From assembly GCA_943367475.1 (NCBI GenBank), contig CALRJH020000003.1, positions 97,985 to 161,984 on the forward strand: a DNA stretch of 64,000 nucleotides. Reading direction: 5' to 3'. Position 1 is the stretch's first letter; each line of letters opens with the position of its first letter. The position numbers and the translations under genes were made by a program. Below, piece after piece: positions 1 through 10,444 of the stretch. The notes under the pieces were generated by a model that saw only the letters and a program-made list of their open reading frames with translations, was not told the DNA's origin and did no database searches. The DNA is from Paenacidovorax caeni (GTDB lineage: Bacteria > Pseudomonadota > Gammaproteobacteria > Burkholderiales > Methylophilaceae).

Positions 1-2
1 GA

Positions 3-674
3 CTATTCAAGCTCACGGGTTAAGGTTTCGCGATGTTCGTTTAAATACGCTACACCTTGATTCCACCATTGCTCAGCCAACAATCGCGCAATCGTGTCTT
101 CACTAAATCGATACTTAATCACTCTTGCAGGATTACCTGCCACAATCGCATAATCTGGTACATCTTTAGTCACAATAGCACCCGCTCCAATGATTGCGCC
201 ATGCCCGATTTTTCTGCATCCAGCCAAAATAATCGCTGAGTGACCTATCCATACATCACTGCCAATTTCTGTGCAACTTGGCATTAAAGTGTCCTGTGCA
301 ATAAAGCCAAATTGACGCTCGTATAAATAGGGATGTGTTGATAATGTTTTGTACGGATGATTCTGAGGAATCACCCTAACCCCTTTTCCAAATGAGGAGT
401 AGTTTCCAATCTTGACAGAAGGTGCCAACATTTTAGGTATAAAGCAACTGCCGTAAGAATGTGCACCAATATCAATACCATAATCTCTTTTCAAAAAAAA
501 GCGTGCAGTTTTACTTTTATATTGCCCACCTTCAAGTCGACAAGCCAAATTGATAAAAAAACTGGCAACTATAGTCCTTCTGCCCCCCCCAAGCACGTCA
601 TAAACAAACAGAAGCAGCTTGGATAAGCGACATTGCACCAGATCGTTTTCAGGCATGGCATTCAAGGTTAACAC
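3..674 (-). CDS. Hexapeptide-repeat (left-handed beta-helix) O-acetyltransferase, Vat/CatB-like; probable EPS O-acetylase
   Basis: 223-aa ORF. C-terminal half has [51 protein letters not shown], a typical LbH acetyltransferase signature. Paralog of 8217..8984. Last visible gene of the long minus-strand EPS operon. Confidence 0.8.
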   Translation of the reverse strand: MLTLNAMPENDLVQCRLSKLLLFVYDVLGGGRRTIVASFFINLACRLEGGQYKSKTARFFLKRDYGIDIGAHSYGSCFIPKMLAPSVKIGNYSSFGKGVRVIPQNHPYKTLSTHPYLYERQFGFIAQDTLMPSCTEIGSDVWIGHSAIILAGCRKIGHGAIIGAGAIVTKDVPDYAIVAGNPARVIKYRFSEDTIARLLAEQWWNQGVAYLNEHRETLTRELE

Positions 675-718
675 TCGCTAGATTCAACATATAAATATTA
701 TGATTGGTCACAAAGTAA

Positions 719-1942
719 TTAATGCAAACTTTGAAACTCCTGCACCACTTTTTCGTACAACGCTGTCATTCTTTTTCTTTTAAATTCCCAGCTAAAAAAC
801 GCTTCCGCACGCTTTCTTGCACCTATGGCAAGTTTCATACGAAATGCTTCATCCGTAATCAATTGATCAATTGCATTTGCAACGGATTCGGTTAGATAAG
901 CTTCTGAAACCGGTTCGATTTTAATGCCTGAATATTCATCCACCATAAAATCCGTGCCACCGTATGCACAGGTAATGACAGGAATTCCATATGACATAGC
1001 CTCCATGGGCACTCCGCCCGTCGGCTCCCTGTAACTGGGAAACAACATAACATCAGCACTTGCATATAGATCTGCAACCTCAGGCTTACCTCTCCAACCG
1101 AGAAAGTGAATGCGATCGGCGATACCGACTTCCTGCGCAATGCGCTTGCACCGCACTAAGTCGGGACCATCGCCTACTACGGTAAATATTGCTTTTGAAT
1201 GTTGCTGTGCTTTTGCAAACCCTCTAATCGCATATTCCAGCCCTTTAAACTTTACGACGCGTCCCACATATAAAAAATGTAAACTTTCAGCTGCCTTTTT
1301 AAATTGATTTACCTGCGGCAAATCAAGCAATCCATGTTCAACTTCAACGCTGTAACTCTTGGGCAATCCCATTTTAGATAAGAACGGCACCATATAATTG
1401 GTTGCCAATAACAGGTGATTCACACGCTTGTAAGCTCGCCTCAAGTTGAAGTCAAATCGCATGCGTAACGAATCCGTTCCTCTTAGCAACATGAAGGGAC
1501 TTAGTTTTTCTTTCAGCGTAAGTTTAAAACCAGGAGGATTTTTTAATCCCCCTGCTACTGGTCCGCGAATCACGGGGATACTCAGGCCATAAGCGGGGGT
1601 CGGATACCTCCATGCAAATGGTGATAAATGATGAATAACATCAAACTTTTGTTCCTGAATAAGGGCTGATATAAATTTTCTTGCTCTGAAGTAATATAGA
1701 AAATAAGCTGGCTTTACAATCGCTCTAAACCTCACCAGACAGTTAGGCACCTTGCTATCCATCCACTCAATGACATTCAGATGTGGAAACTGTGCTTTAA
1801 CGCAACCATAACGCTCGGGGCGACTCACTGCAAATACTGTCACCTCGTGATCCTTGGAGATTTCGTTTACCCATCTGGCAGCGACTTCAGGCTCACTTAC
1901 ATCCTCTAAGTCGCAGGCCCACGTGATTAATAATACTTTCAT
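719..1942 (-). CDS. Glycosyltransferase family 4 (GT-B, GT1/GT4 type)
   Basis: ORF-track extent is 719..1981. The likely start is MKVLLITW at 1942, which removes the overlap with the upstream gene. Motif YREPTGGVPMEAMSYGIPVI matches the E-x7-E region of GT4 enzymes. Confidence 0.8.
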   Translation of the reverse strand: MKVLLITWACDLEDVSEPEVAARWVNEISKDHEVTVFAVSRPERYGCVKAQFPHLNVIEWMDSKVPNCLVRFRAIVKPAYFLYYFRARKFISALIQEQKFDVIHHLSPFAWRYPTPAYGLSIPVIRGPVAGGLKNPPGFKLTLKEKLSPFMLLRGTDSLRMRFDFNLRRAYKRVNHLLLATNYMVPFLSKMGLPKSYSVEVEHGLLDLPQVNQFKKAAESLHFLYVGRVVKFKGLEYAIRGFAKAQQHSKAIFTVVGDGPDLVRCKRIAQEVGIADRIHFLGWRGKPEVADLYASADVMLFPSYREPTGGVPMEAMSYGIPVITCAYGGTDFMVDEYSGIKIEPVSEAYLTESVANAIDQLITDEAFRMKLAIGARKRAEAFFSWEFKRKRMTALYEKVVQEFQSLH

Positions 1943-1946
1943 AATG

Positions 1947-2873
1947 TTAATACTTTGGCCAAACCGAGGCTGAGTCTGCAACTACCCGATTAAAGTGTGT
2001 TGCTCGCGGCTTTTTAGAGGCATTAAAAAGTGCATATAGATTCCAGAACAATGCACGTGATGCGTTAAATAATAACAAAATAAAAAACGCAGTAATGGCA
2101 TGTAAATATCCACCATTTTTTTGATGCAATCTTACAGTTGCACCTGTAAGCATAACGTCACGCTTGTGATTAAGCTTTTTAACACTGCCTCCACCATGGT
2201 GTACTATCTCGCCTACTGGCGCAAATCGTAATTTCCAGCCAGCTTTACGCATCTGATAACACCAATCTGTTTCCTCTCCGTAAAAGAAAAAGCGCTCATC
2301 CAGATAGCCGATGCCATCCATCACTTCGCGACGCAGCAATAGATAACAACCAGTGATCACATCAACAGCACGCTCGTCGTCCCGCTGCCATCTACGCAAC
2401 ATATAGCCATCGAAAAAACCTGAAAGCCGGTCTAATCCCAGTGTCATAAACAGCAATCTGGTTAACGTCGGATATCCTGAGCAAGTGCGTTGAACGGAAT
2501 GATCTGTATTCAATACACGGCAACCCATTGCCCCATAATCACTGTTAGACTGTAAATAGTCTAGAGAGCGCTGGATTACATCCTTAATGACCAGCGTATC
2601 CGAATTTAATAAAAGAACAAAGCGACCTTTTGAAATTGAAAAAGCTTGATTATTTGCAGCTGCAAACCCTTTGTTATCCTTGTTTTTAATTAAAACAACC
2701 TGGGGAAATAATTTTTCCACCATTTCGACTGAACCATCATGGGAGTTATTATCAACCAGAATAACCTCGTATGGCTCACCCGCAATATTTGCATACAAGC
2801 TTTCCAGACAGTCTTTTGTCATACCAAGGGTATTAAAGGAAACAATCACTATTGACAATACGGGCTGATTCAT
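1947..2873 (-). CDS. Glycosyltransferase family 2
   Basis: 308 aa. N-terminus LSIVIVSFNTLGMTKDCLESL...VILVDNNSHDGS and a later DxD-like region are typical of GT-A fold GT2 enzymes. Confidence 0.8.
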   Translation of the reverse strand: MNQPVLSIVIVSFNTLGMTKDCLESLYANIAGEPYEVILVDNNSHDGSVEMVEKLFPQVVLIKNKDNKGFAAANNQAFSISKGRFVLLLNSDTLVIKDVIQRSLDYLQSNSDYGAMGCRVLNTDHSVQRTCSGYPTLTRLLFMTLGLDRLSGFFDGYMLRRWQRDDERAVDVITGCYLLLRREVMDGIGYLDERFFFYGEETDWCYQMRKAGWKLRFAPVGEIVHHGGGSVKKLNHKRDVMLTGATVRLHQKNGGYLHAITAFFILLLFNASRALFWNLYALFNASKKPRATHFNRVVADSASVWPKY

Positions 2874-2900
2874 CGGCGCAAAACTTTCTCTATGGTTTTT

Positions 2901-3974
2901 TTAAACATCTCTCTTTATTGCGGCTTTCTCCGCCAATATCGGATACTCCGCCACTAATTGCTCTTTTAGCTCGCTTAGCTGTGCAATTTTTGATTCACGT
3001 ACGCTATCCAAACTCAGTGTTGCTTTAGCCGATTTTATTTCTATCAACATTTTGGCTAATTTATCATTTTGAACATCATTCCAAATGCTTAGTGGCCAAG
3101 CACTTTTTAATGGCAACACGCCCTGCCTGCATTTCAGAGCCGTATTTTTTAGTGTCGTTCTTAACTTGTTTCTTGCTACATACATCTCTCTGGGCAAACT
3201 GTTTTGTTTTGGCACCAGGCTTGCATCCACCGCTTGGATGATTGACTCATCTGAATAACTTAATTGCTTATAGTTGTCTGCAAAATGCGGCCATTTACCG
3301 TGAGATACATGATGATAGATATCACTTAGAGGCAACTTGTAGGGTGAGTACTCCACATTGATTGAAGCACACCAGTCTACCCATTTAAAAGGTAAGGTTG
3401 ATTCCGATAAAATGAGAGGAATCCATGGGGTCCTAAAATAGTCGGCGATAATCGCACCATGCAGAGATTCAACAATTGCAAGTTCAGCTGACGCAATACG
3501 TCTAATCACGTCAAAAGTATCATCTAGTGGGTTAATAAAGGCAATATCTGCGCGTTGGCAAACGTTTTCCCATGATGAGTTAATCCCTGTAGTGAAATGC
3601 GGCACAAAGACCGTTCCCTTTTTCTCAGGGATCTGTTTAAACTCTTCTAACTGGCTAATCAGCCATGCCGCATCGATCACCGCTTTACTTTTGTCCAAAC
3701 CCAAAAAGCGTGCTGTCAAAGGGCCTCTGACAAAGTAAACACGCCACTTTTCTATTTCCTGAGCAGTTGGGAAGTTTCCATAGCCTGAGCCAGTTCCAAA
3801 GACAATTTTAAGCCCTTTAACATACTCAAGTTCTTTTTTGATTAATGATCCTATACCAATCAACCGAATGTCATCATCAGCGCGCATCATAGTGGCTGGG
3901 AACACTCTCTTCCAGACCCAGGCATTCATGGCGTCACCAAAGTTTGTCGTGTTACTAAAGTAAAACTCACGCAT
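2901..3974 (-). CDS. Polysaccharide pyruvyl transferase family protein (ExoV-like)
   Basis: 357 aa. N-terminal NFGDAMNAWVW motif and IGIGS...FGTGSG pattern resemble ExoV/CsaB-type pyruvyl transferases. Lies in the EPS operon. Confidence 0.6.
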   Translation of the reverse strand: MREFYFSNTTNFGDAMNAWVWKRVFPATMMRADDDIRLIGIGSLIKKELEYVKGLKIVFGTGSGYGNFPTAQEIEKWRVYFVRGPLTARFLGLDKSKAVIDAAWLISQLEEFKQIPEKKGTVFVPHFTTGINSSWENVCQRADIAFINPLDDTFDVIRRIASAELAIVESLHGAIIADYFRTPWIPLILSESTLPFKWVDWCASINVEYSPYKLPLSDIYHHVSHGKWPHFADNYKQLSYSDESIIQAVDASLVPKQNSLPREMYVARNKLRTTLKNTALKCRQGVLPLKSAWPLSIWNDVQNDKLAKMLIEIKSAKATLSLDSVRESKIAQLSELKEQLVAEYPILAEKAAIKRDV

Positions 3975-3989
3975 TATTATTTTCCATTT

Positions 3990-5270
3990 TCATGATGCAT
4001 TTAAAGTATCTGGATAGCGCCTGCGTTCAACATTCAAGAACCAAGCGCCCATACCTAAAAAGAAGATAAAGTAAACAAATTGATTATTCCAGAAATGTAC
4101 AGTACAGGCAGATATAATCATTCCAATCATTGAGATTGACCAACCGGTCCTTAATTTACTTACCCTTGCACTTAATGGCTTCCAGTTTTTTGAAAGCATG
4201 AATATGAATGGTATTGCAAGTGACAGAAAACCAGGAATACCAAATGTTACTGCCTGTAACAGCCAAAAGTTATCCATACTTAAACTGTGCATCCAGCTGG
4301 GTCTTGTCCACTCATTAAAACCAATTCCCAAGAGTGGATTTCGCCATACATCTTGAATACCATAATCAAAAATGGTAATTCGGTTGTAAGCCGTACCAGC
4401 GCTGAACGTTAGGTAAGACAAAAAAACCTTCATTGCGGATCGATTTGAGATCATATCCGTGATTACATAAAACAAGATCAACAGAAAACTAAAAAACCGC
4501 CATCTGTTATTGATTTTTCTTGTTTTTATCTCCCAGAAAATTAAAGTTAACTGGGTCATCATTGACGACATCGCACCTGAAGACAACGATAAAAATGTTC
4601 CTAATAGAGAAGGCAGTAATCTCGCCTTTAACTTTCGCGGATAACCCAGCGTCGGTGTGCGTAAATAATATACAAGCCCCAAAATACTTGACGCGAAGAT
4701 ACCAAACAGAATTGGGTGGTCGAAAGACGCATACGCTCTGGTCAAGCCTAATCTTGGTTCGATATTAGAATGGAATGAAGCACCCACAATCTTGGCAGAA
4801 AGAATTTTTATCATGTGAATGCCAGTAATACTTTCAGCGATTGCAAAGGGCAGTAGTATAAAAATCAAGGTGAAAATAAAAACGCTCGTTGCATAAAATG
4901 ACTTTTCATCAACAATGTATGCTCTTGCGATAAAGTATGCGCCAAGGACTTCCAGAATCCTGATACCACCAGACTCCATAGCAACAGAAAGGTCGTGATG
5001 CGAGTTAATCACAATAAAACACCAAATCACATGAAATATAATCAGCCAATCAGCAAGAGCGACCTTTTTGAAACCTCTGGAAAGTAGCTTAACCAACGCT
5101 GGAATAAATGCCAAAAGTATGACCAAGCGATACGGTGAGAATCTTAATCCTGCAAGATTGAAAGAAAATTCTGTCGGCAATACCAGAGACAGTAAAAACA
5201 GTTTCACCCAAAAAGGGCAACTTTTTAATACTTTAGAATAAGATGACTTAGGGGCTCGTGATTCAATCAT
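3990..5270 (-). CDS. O-antigen ligase/polymerase-like integral membrane protein (Wzy-type EPS polymerase candidate)
   Basis: 426 aa. Roughly 10 or more hydrophobic segments with a larger loop in the C-terminal half. Sits in a Wzx/Wzy-type locus. Confidence 0.6.
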   Translation of the reverse strand: MIESRAPKSSYSKVLKSCPFWVKLFLLSLVLPTEFSFNLAGLRFSPYRLVILLAFIPALVKLLSRGFKKVALADWLIIFHVIWCFIVINSHHDLSVAMESGGIRILEVLGAYFIARAYIVDEKSFYATSVFIFTLIFILLPFAIAESITGIHMIKILSAKIVGASFHSNIEPRLGLTRAYASFDHPILFGIFASSILGLVYYLRTPTLGYPRKLKARLLPSLLGTFLSLSSGAMSSMMTQLTLIFWEIKTRKINNRWRFFSFLLILFYVITDMISNRSAMKVFLSYLTFSAGTAYNRITIFDYGIQDVWRNPLLGIGFNEWTRPSWMHSLSMDNFWLLQAVTFGIPGFLSLAIPFIFMLSKNWKPLSARVSKLRTGWSISMIGMIISACTVHFWNNQFVYFIFFLGMGAWFLNVERRRYPDTLNAS

Positions 5271-5278
5271 TTTTATCT

Positions 5279-6970
5279 TTATTTTTTCTGTTCGAAATCA
5301 ACATTACAGGCTTTGATTGTATTTAAATGCATCTTTTTTCTAATAGATTGAGAGAATTTACCTTCATTATCTATTTTCTCTAATTTGTTACCATTTAAAT
5401 CTGGAAATCTGCCCTTTTGACCTGTTGCATTTTTAATACAGTATCCCGGCTTGGCAGGGTCTGGACCCCATGTTTTACCATAATACAAACAGCCGGGTGC
5501 ATTCGCTTTGTAGGCTCTGCAATCTAAAGACTCTCTTGGATCTGGCGGAGCACAAATGTCTGGCTGGGTCAAAACACCTTCACTCAATACACGGTTTACA
5601 TATTTAATCAATATATCCGCTTGAGCTACATCGCACATTTCAGGCATCAAACTTAAGGATAAAACATATTCAATAAAGCCTCCTGTTGAGCAACATGCCA
5701 TGTAAGCTGAGCCTGGCAATCCTGCTGGGCCATCAATCCATCCATATGGATCACCACATGAGCGTTTGTTATCGCCTCGTCCTATTGGTAACTTGCTACC
5801 GCCAGCATATTGTTGCGAGTGAAATAGCTGTGCCCAGTAAAAATTTTCCGCACAAAAATCATTCGTATTGCCCCATATGGGCTGCCCCCCCCCACCAGCC
5901 GATTCTGGAACTAAACGAATTTGAACATCTTCTTGTGTATTTTTCTTAATTGCACCTGACATGCCTTTTACTCTTGCTTTTACCTGCTCATCATTCACAA
6001 GAGTCGCGAAAAAAACCATAGGTGGCTTTCTACCCATACTCTGACCCGCACCTCCCGGCCAGATAACGCCTGATTGCATGGAAGCGTAAAGATCTAGGCC
6101 GCGCTGGAACAAGCCGGTAACAGCTGGTATTTTTGATTCAACAGATTCAGTCCCTAAAACATTAATTAAATCATCAAGATAAAGTTTATTCTGTTCTGCT
6201 CCATAATTTGGAATAACATTGTTCGGTGCAAATGCCCGGCCTGTGTCTCCCATAAAGCTTAAATAATGATCTACATACGGTGAATGCCATCTCTCTCCAG
6301 TTTTCTCAAATGCTGGTCGATTTGGATAGGTAGAAATTTCTTTGATACTAGGGATTTTTTTTAAGTCCAAATCACTCAGTTGGTAAAGCCTCTTTTCATC
6401 ACCTGCAAACCCTGGTCGAAAGTAATGATTTGAGTTTTCGAGAGGCTTTTTAAGAATGGTCACCACATCATAGGCATCCACACAACAATTATGTTTATTA
6501 TTCTTACCCCAGCATGCCTGCTCAGCCGAGCGCTTTGCAGCCTTAACCAGAGAGGTTTCGGGTTTTATCACTGAAGGCAAGCTTGTCATCAAATTAAGTG
6601 ATGAGCTATAAAACTTCAGTACCTTTTCATCACACTTTAAAAAACCCTGCTCAGGAGAACTACCAGGGTTAGCCATCATCCCGTTCTCCTCGCCTTCCGG
6701 ACTGACTGCATGAATTGTCACTTTCTCATCTACCGATTTCGGCGCGATCCAGTAATCCCCCCCGATAAAGTTACCAATAAAACAATCGCCTCCATTACAA
6801 CTAAATCGCCATTCAAACTCTCGCCCGCCCAGCTTGTGCGTTATCACCTGGCCAAGCTTATAGTTCTTATTCCCCGCTTCCTCCTGTTTTACATACCCAA
6901 CCATACTGTAAAACATCATTAACAAAAATGCGAAAGATCTCACCAACAGACTTGAAGAGGAAAAATGCAT
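5279..6970 (-). CDS. Hypothetical secreted cysteine-rich protein (18 Cys), no family recognised
   Basis: 563 aa. Hydrophobic N-terminal signal or anchor (SFAFLLMMFYSMVGYV). Even number of Cys spread through the protein (CCVDAY, ACCSTGG, etc.). Tightly packed inside the EPS operon (1-nt and 8-nt gaps). Confidence 0.5.
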   Translation of the reverse strand: MHFSSSSLLVRSFAFLLMMFYSMVGYVKQEEAGNKNYKLGQVITHKLGGREFEWRFSCNGGDCFIGNFIGGDYWIAPKSVDEKVTIHAVSPEGEENGMMANPGSSPEQGFLKCDEKVLKFYSSSLNLMTSLPSVIKPETSLVKAAKRSAEQACWGKNNKHNCCVDAYDVVTILKKPLENSNHYFRPGFAGDEKRLYQLSDLDLKKIPSIKEISTYPNRPAFEKTGERWHSPYVDHYLSFMGDTGRAFAPNNVIPNYGAEQNKLYLDDLINVLGTESVESKIPAVTGLFQRGLDLYASMQSGVIWPGGAGQSMGRKPPMVFFATLVNDEQVKARVKGMSGAIKKNTQEDVQIRLVPESAGGGGQPIWGNTNDFCAENFYWAQLFHSQQYAGGSKLPIGRGDNKRSCGDPYGWIDGPAGLPGSAYMACCSTGGFIEYVLSLSLMPEMCDVAQADILIKYVNRVLSEGVLTQPDICAPPDPRESLDCRAYKANAPGCLYYGKTWGPDPAKPGYCIKNATGQKGRFPDLNGNKLEKIDNEGKFSQSIRKKMHLNTIKACNVDFEQKK

Positions 6971-8245
6971 TTAATCTCCATTCCATTCTACATAAGTGAT
7001 TTTGCGGTTAAGTTTTTTGATAAAAATACGCTTGATTGTGCCGGTAATTGATTGCAATTTTGATTTGGGTGACAACACTTTCCACCAAAACTTGAACATG
7101 GCAAAGCGCTCAAAATCTGGAAATGGTGCATTTAACAATTTAAGTGCGATCCTACGCCCCCAAATAGCCCCTCGGGTATCAAGTAAATTAGGCTGTGAGC
7201 GTGGCAACAACGATAGATCCTTTTTCTCCAAGACAACATAGCCCGCTTGCTCCGCCGCTCGAAGAATATCCAGTCCACGCTGGGTTCTGACTACAATTAA
7301 AGACTTGCCTGGCTCGTCAGCAGTCACCTGGCGATACCACGGATCACCCACTGCAATATCCGCAAACTCTCCAGAGTGATCTGGGCATATATAACAGCGC
7401 CATTGCCTGAACTTCTGTAAAAATCCCCAGGACTCCGCATAGGTTAACTGACTGCTTTTTTCCTGGTTATTGTCATCCACATAGTTTGCAGTCCAAAGCC
7501 CGGGCCAGCCATTGCCCCTGAAACGCAATGATTTCAGTTGCTTTTGTGGCGTGTGAATACCATTTTTCTTCAATAGCTCAAACAAACCGTTAAATGCTGG
7601 GACGCCCGCACAGAAAAAGCCAATAGTGAGGCCTATTTTCTGATCCAGCAAAGGATTGATTTTTCTTGCTTTTTGTACGGCAGCCACATCACATGGCTTA
7701 CCAATGAAAACACTTTTTCCCTGAGCACGCTCTACCAAATCAAGGCTTTCGCAAGGGCTGGCTGGAGAATAACGAGAGCCGGCATTCGAAACCAGCTCTG
7801 TCCGAGTTTTACTATATACAGTCTTGTTCAAATAAGGTGTTTCTTCATCCGCTCCCGTATGCAGCACACCTTCCATTTTTTCCTTTTCAAGACAGAATAG
7901 TGCGAGCGCAGTTGCCAAACCACCACTGGAACCAGCGAGTCGAATGGCTGCATCGCCGGAATAACCTTCCCAAACCTCATAAACAGGACCCCAGGCATCA
8001 AACATTTCAGCCACAATATTGCTGCTTTGCCTAACTTTTGGGTCGTGGGACAAGCTGGCACCAGGACAAACTTGCATGCCGGCACCAGTCTCGGCTTTTG
8101 GATTGGGCTTTAAAAAGGGTCTTCTACCTAATTGGTAGACGTTACCCATCCTGAATCTGTCAGGCTCTGCGTAAGAGCACGCGCCACATCCAGTACAAAG
8201 TTGTTTTTCAACAACATCAGTAATTGTGAATGTTTGCTTGCTCAT
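6971..8245 (-). CDS. Coenzyme F420 hydrogenase/dehydrogenase beta-subunit-like (FrhB-like) Fe-S protein
   Basis: 424 aa. N-terminal [12 protein letters not shown] ferredoxin-like cysteine motif. Internal SSGGLATAL and later GKPCD, CAGVP and YICPD motifs are as in the FrhB/FdhB-like family often found beside pyruvyl transferases. Confidence 0.65.
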   Translation of the reverse strand: MSKQTFTITDVVEKQLCTGCGACSYAEPDRFRMGNVYQLGRRPFLKPNPKAETGAGMQVCPGASLSHDPKVRQSSNIVAEMFDAWGPVYEVWEGYSGDAAIRLAGSSGGLATALALFCLEKEKMEGVLHTGADEETPYLNKTVYSKTRTELVSNAGSRYSPASPCESLDLVERAQGKSVFIGKPCDVAAVQKARKINPLLDQKIGLTIGFFCAGVPAFNGLFELLKKNGIHTPQKQLKSLRFRGNGWPGLWTANYVDDNNQEKSSQLTYAESWGFLQKFRQWRCYICPDHSGEFADIAVGDPWYRQVTADEPGKSLIVVRTQRGLDILRAAEQAGYVVLEKKDLSLLPRSQPNLLDTRGAIWGRRIALKLLNAPFPDFERFAMFKFWWKVLSPKSKLQSITGTIKRIFIKKLNRKITYVEWNGD

Positions 8246-8984
8246 TATTTGTTTCCTTAGCGTTGTTGTGTTGCAGCGACTTCAGTGCATCAATAGTGAT
8301 ATGTTTAAAAGGTAAATCTGTAACAGTCAACAGATCAGATAGCTTTAAATTCCACCACTGAGTTCTTTCAATCTCTTCAATAACTTCTGGTGAATAGCGA
8401 TAACGAATCAATCTTGCAGGATTCCCACCCATGATGGCATAGGGAGGAACACTTTTGGTAACTACAGATCCTGCGCCTATGACAGCACCGTTGCCTATGG
8501 TAGTACACCCGGGCAAAATTATCACACTCCCGCCAATCCAAACATCATGAGCTATCACTAATGGATTGTCCCGAACAGATTCAATTGCGTCGGACTTTAA
8601 AAGGCCTGCATATTGATTGTAAAAAAAAGGATGTTGGCTAAGGGTATCAAGACTATGGTTTCTGCGATAGACCTTCAGATTTTCCGCAAATGAACAGTAA
8701 TTGCCTACTTTTGTTGCTGGTGGTAACACACCGCTTGCAAGACAAGACCCATAACTATATGCGCCCACTTCTATGTGGTTATATTTTTTTAGAATCATTC
8801 TCAACGTCTGGGAGAAGAACTTTCCACCTTCAAACTTTAGTATCAGGCGCGTTACGTATTTACGAATAATTTTGTATCGATATAGAGCCAGAAAAAGATC
8901 AGATAAGATATGCTTTGATTTTACCTCTCTCAAGCGTGCCCATCGAATTTGTGACGCATCCACCAGGGTTGAAATATCAGACAT
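8217..8984 (-). CDS. Hexapeptide-repeat O-acetyltransferase (second paralog)
   Basis: 255 aa. [51 protein letters not shown] aligns by eye with 3..674. Its 3' end overlaps the next gene by 29 nt. Confidence 0.8.
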   Translation of the reverse strand: MSDISTLVDASQIRWARLREVKSKHILSDLFLALYRYKIIRKYVTRLILKFEGGKFFSQTLRMILKKYNHIEVGAYSYGSCLASGVLPPATKVGNYCSFAENLKVYRRNHSLDTLSQHPFFYNQYAGLLKSDAIESVRDNPLVIAHDVWIGGSVIILPGCTTIGNGAVIGAGSVVTKSVPPYAIMGGNPARLIRYRYSPEVIEEIERTQWWNLKLSDLLTVTDLPFKHITIDALKSLQHNNAKETNNEQANIHNY

Positions 8985-8989
8985 AATTT

Positions 8990-10435
8990 TTACTTGTTGG
9001 AATAATCAAATTTAATCATTTGCAATACACGTTCTTTTAACTCAGGTAAAAAAAGCCAATAAAACAATGTTGATAATAGTAGTACGAGCGTAACATCAAG
9101 TAAATTACGAGCAAGCGAACTGGTTAAATGACTGATCAAAATCAAGCTTAGCAGGCTAATAAGCACAAATACTATCAACAAACCAAGTTGTTTGAGAAGC
9201 TGAACATCAAAAATAGACAGCCGTTTTTTCAGGTAATAAATCGATGCGAACAATGCCAGCATTTCACCCAACAGACCCAATAGGGCAACGCTGTTCACAC
9301 TCACATTGAACCAGATAACTGCAACAAGTAAGAAGGAAAACGAAGCTGCCCTTACTAAATTAGAAATGAAAGCATTTTTTGTTTCTGCTTTTGCCATTGC
9401 TACTATCATAGGACCAGCTTTAACAATTCTGATTGATTGCATCAGACCCAACCAAACTACGACATCTGAGGCCTCTTGGTATGCTGGACCAAATAAAAGC
9501 ACTACCATTTGCGGTCCCAGAAATATAAAAAATAAAGCTGATGCCAGCCCGGAAAGGTAACAAGCTTGCATAGTGATCACATAATGCTCAAAAAAACGCG
9601 CTTTATCATTCTGCCATTTAGAAATAATGGGGAGTAATAGCGACGAGAGCAATCTCGTGATTACCAATGCAGGGGCTAATGACAATGCGAATGCTGCACT
9701 GTACCAACCAAGTTCACGCGTTGTAAAAAATGCACCGATGACAGCTTTATCACCTTGCATAATAATAAACATTAAAAACCCATTTGCCAGTAATGGCCAA
9801 CCAAATGTAATCATTTGATTGAACAGGAGCCGATCATATGACCAACGGTATTTTTTCTCGGCGTAGTAAAAAGTGAGCAACACATAAGTTAAATTCTGGA
9901 TCAGGATGACCCAAACGATCACTGTGTAGTTACCCAGCCACTTTCCTAGTACTACCAATGCAATAAGTGAAATAATATGTGGGATTACGCTGCTTAAAGC
10001 TACCGGAGCAAACTCTAGACGCCGTTGCAATACCTGTATATCTAAATGCGCCAGCCCTCTGATAATCGGAACAAGTGCAAACCATTCAAACGAATGAACA
10101 GCGTCTGGCACTTGGAAAAATTCAGCAATTGGTTTTGCTAACAAATATATCAGCAAACCACTACTCAGCCCCCGGAAGAACTGGAACATCTGCCCTACTG
10201 CTTGTAATTTATCCAGTTGGTCGCCTTTGGTCTGCACAAGCAATTTGTCAATGGCGATATTGCTCAGCATTTCGATGATGGCCATCGTAATTGCAAACAG
10301 GGAAGCTATTCCGTAATCTTCGACCGAGACTAACCTGGCAAGAATAATATTACGTAAAAACGAGAAGACTGCAGACAAACCATACCCTACAGTCAGCCAC
10401 ATTCCGCCTTTAATAAATTGTTTTTTTTGGCTCAT
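8990..10435 (-). CDS. wzx: Polysaccharide flippase, Wzx / MOP superfamily
   Basis: 481 aa with about 12-14 predicted TM segments. N-terminal pattern ([27 protein letters not shown]) is typical of polysaccharide biosynthesis (PST) transporters. Confidence 0.75.
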   Translation of the reverse strand: MSQKKQFIKGGMWLTVGYGLSAVFSFLRNIILARLVSVEDYGIASLFAITMAIIEMLSNIAIDKLLVQTKGDQLDKLQAVGQMFQFFRGLSSGLLIYLLAKPIAEFFQVPDAVHSFEWFALVPIIRGLAHLDIQVLQRRLEFAPVALSSVIPHIISLIALVVLGKWLGNYTVIVWVILIQNLTYVLLTFYYAEKKYRWSYDRLLFNQMITFGWPLLANGFLMFIIMQGDKAVIGAFFTTRELGWYSAAFALSLAPALVITRLLSSLLLPIISKWQNDKARFFEHYVITMQACYLSGLASALFFIFLGPQMVVLLFGPAYQEASDVVVWLGLMQSIRIVKAGPMIVAMAKAETKNAFISNLVRAASFSFLLVAVIWFNVSVNSVALLGLLGEMLALFASIYYLKKRLSIFDVQLLKQLGLLIVFVLISLLSLILISHLTSSLARNLLDVTLVLLLSTLFYWLFLPELKERVLQMIKFDYSNK

Positions 10436-10444
10436 TAAATCAAA

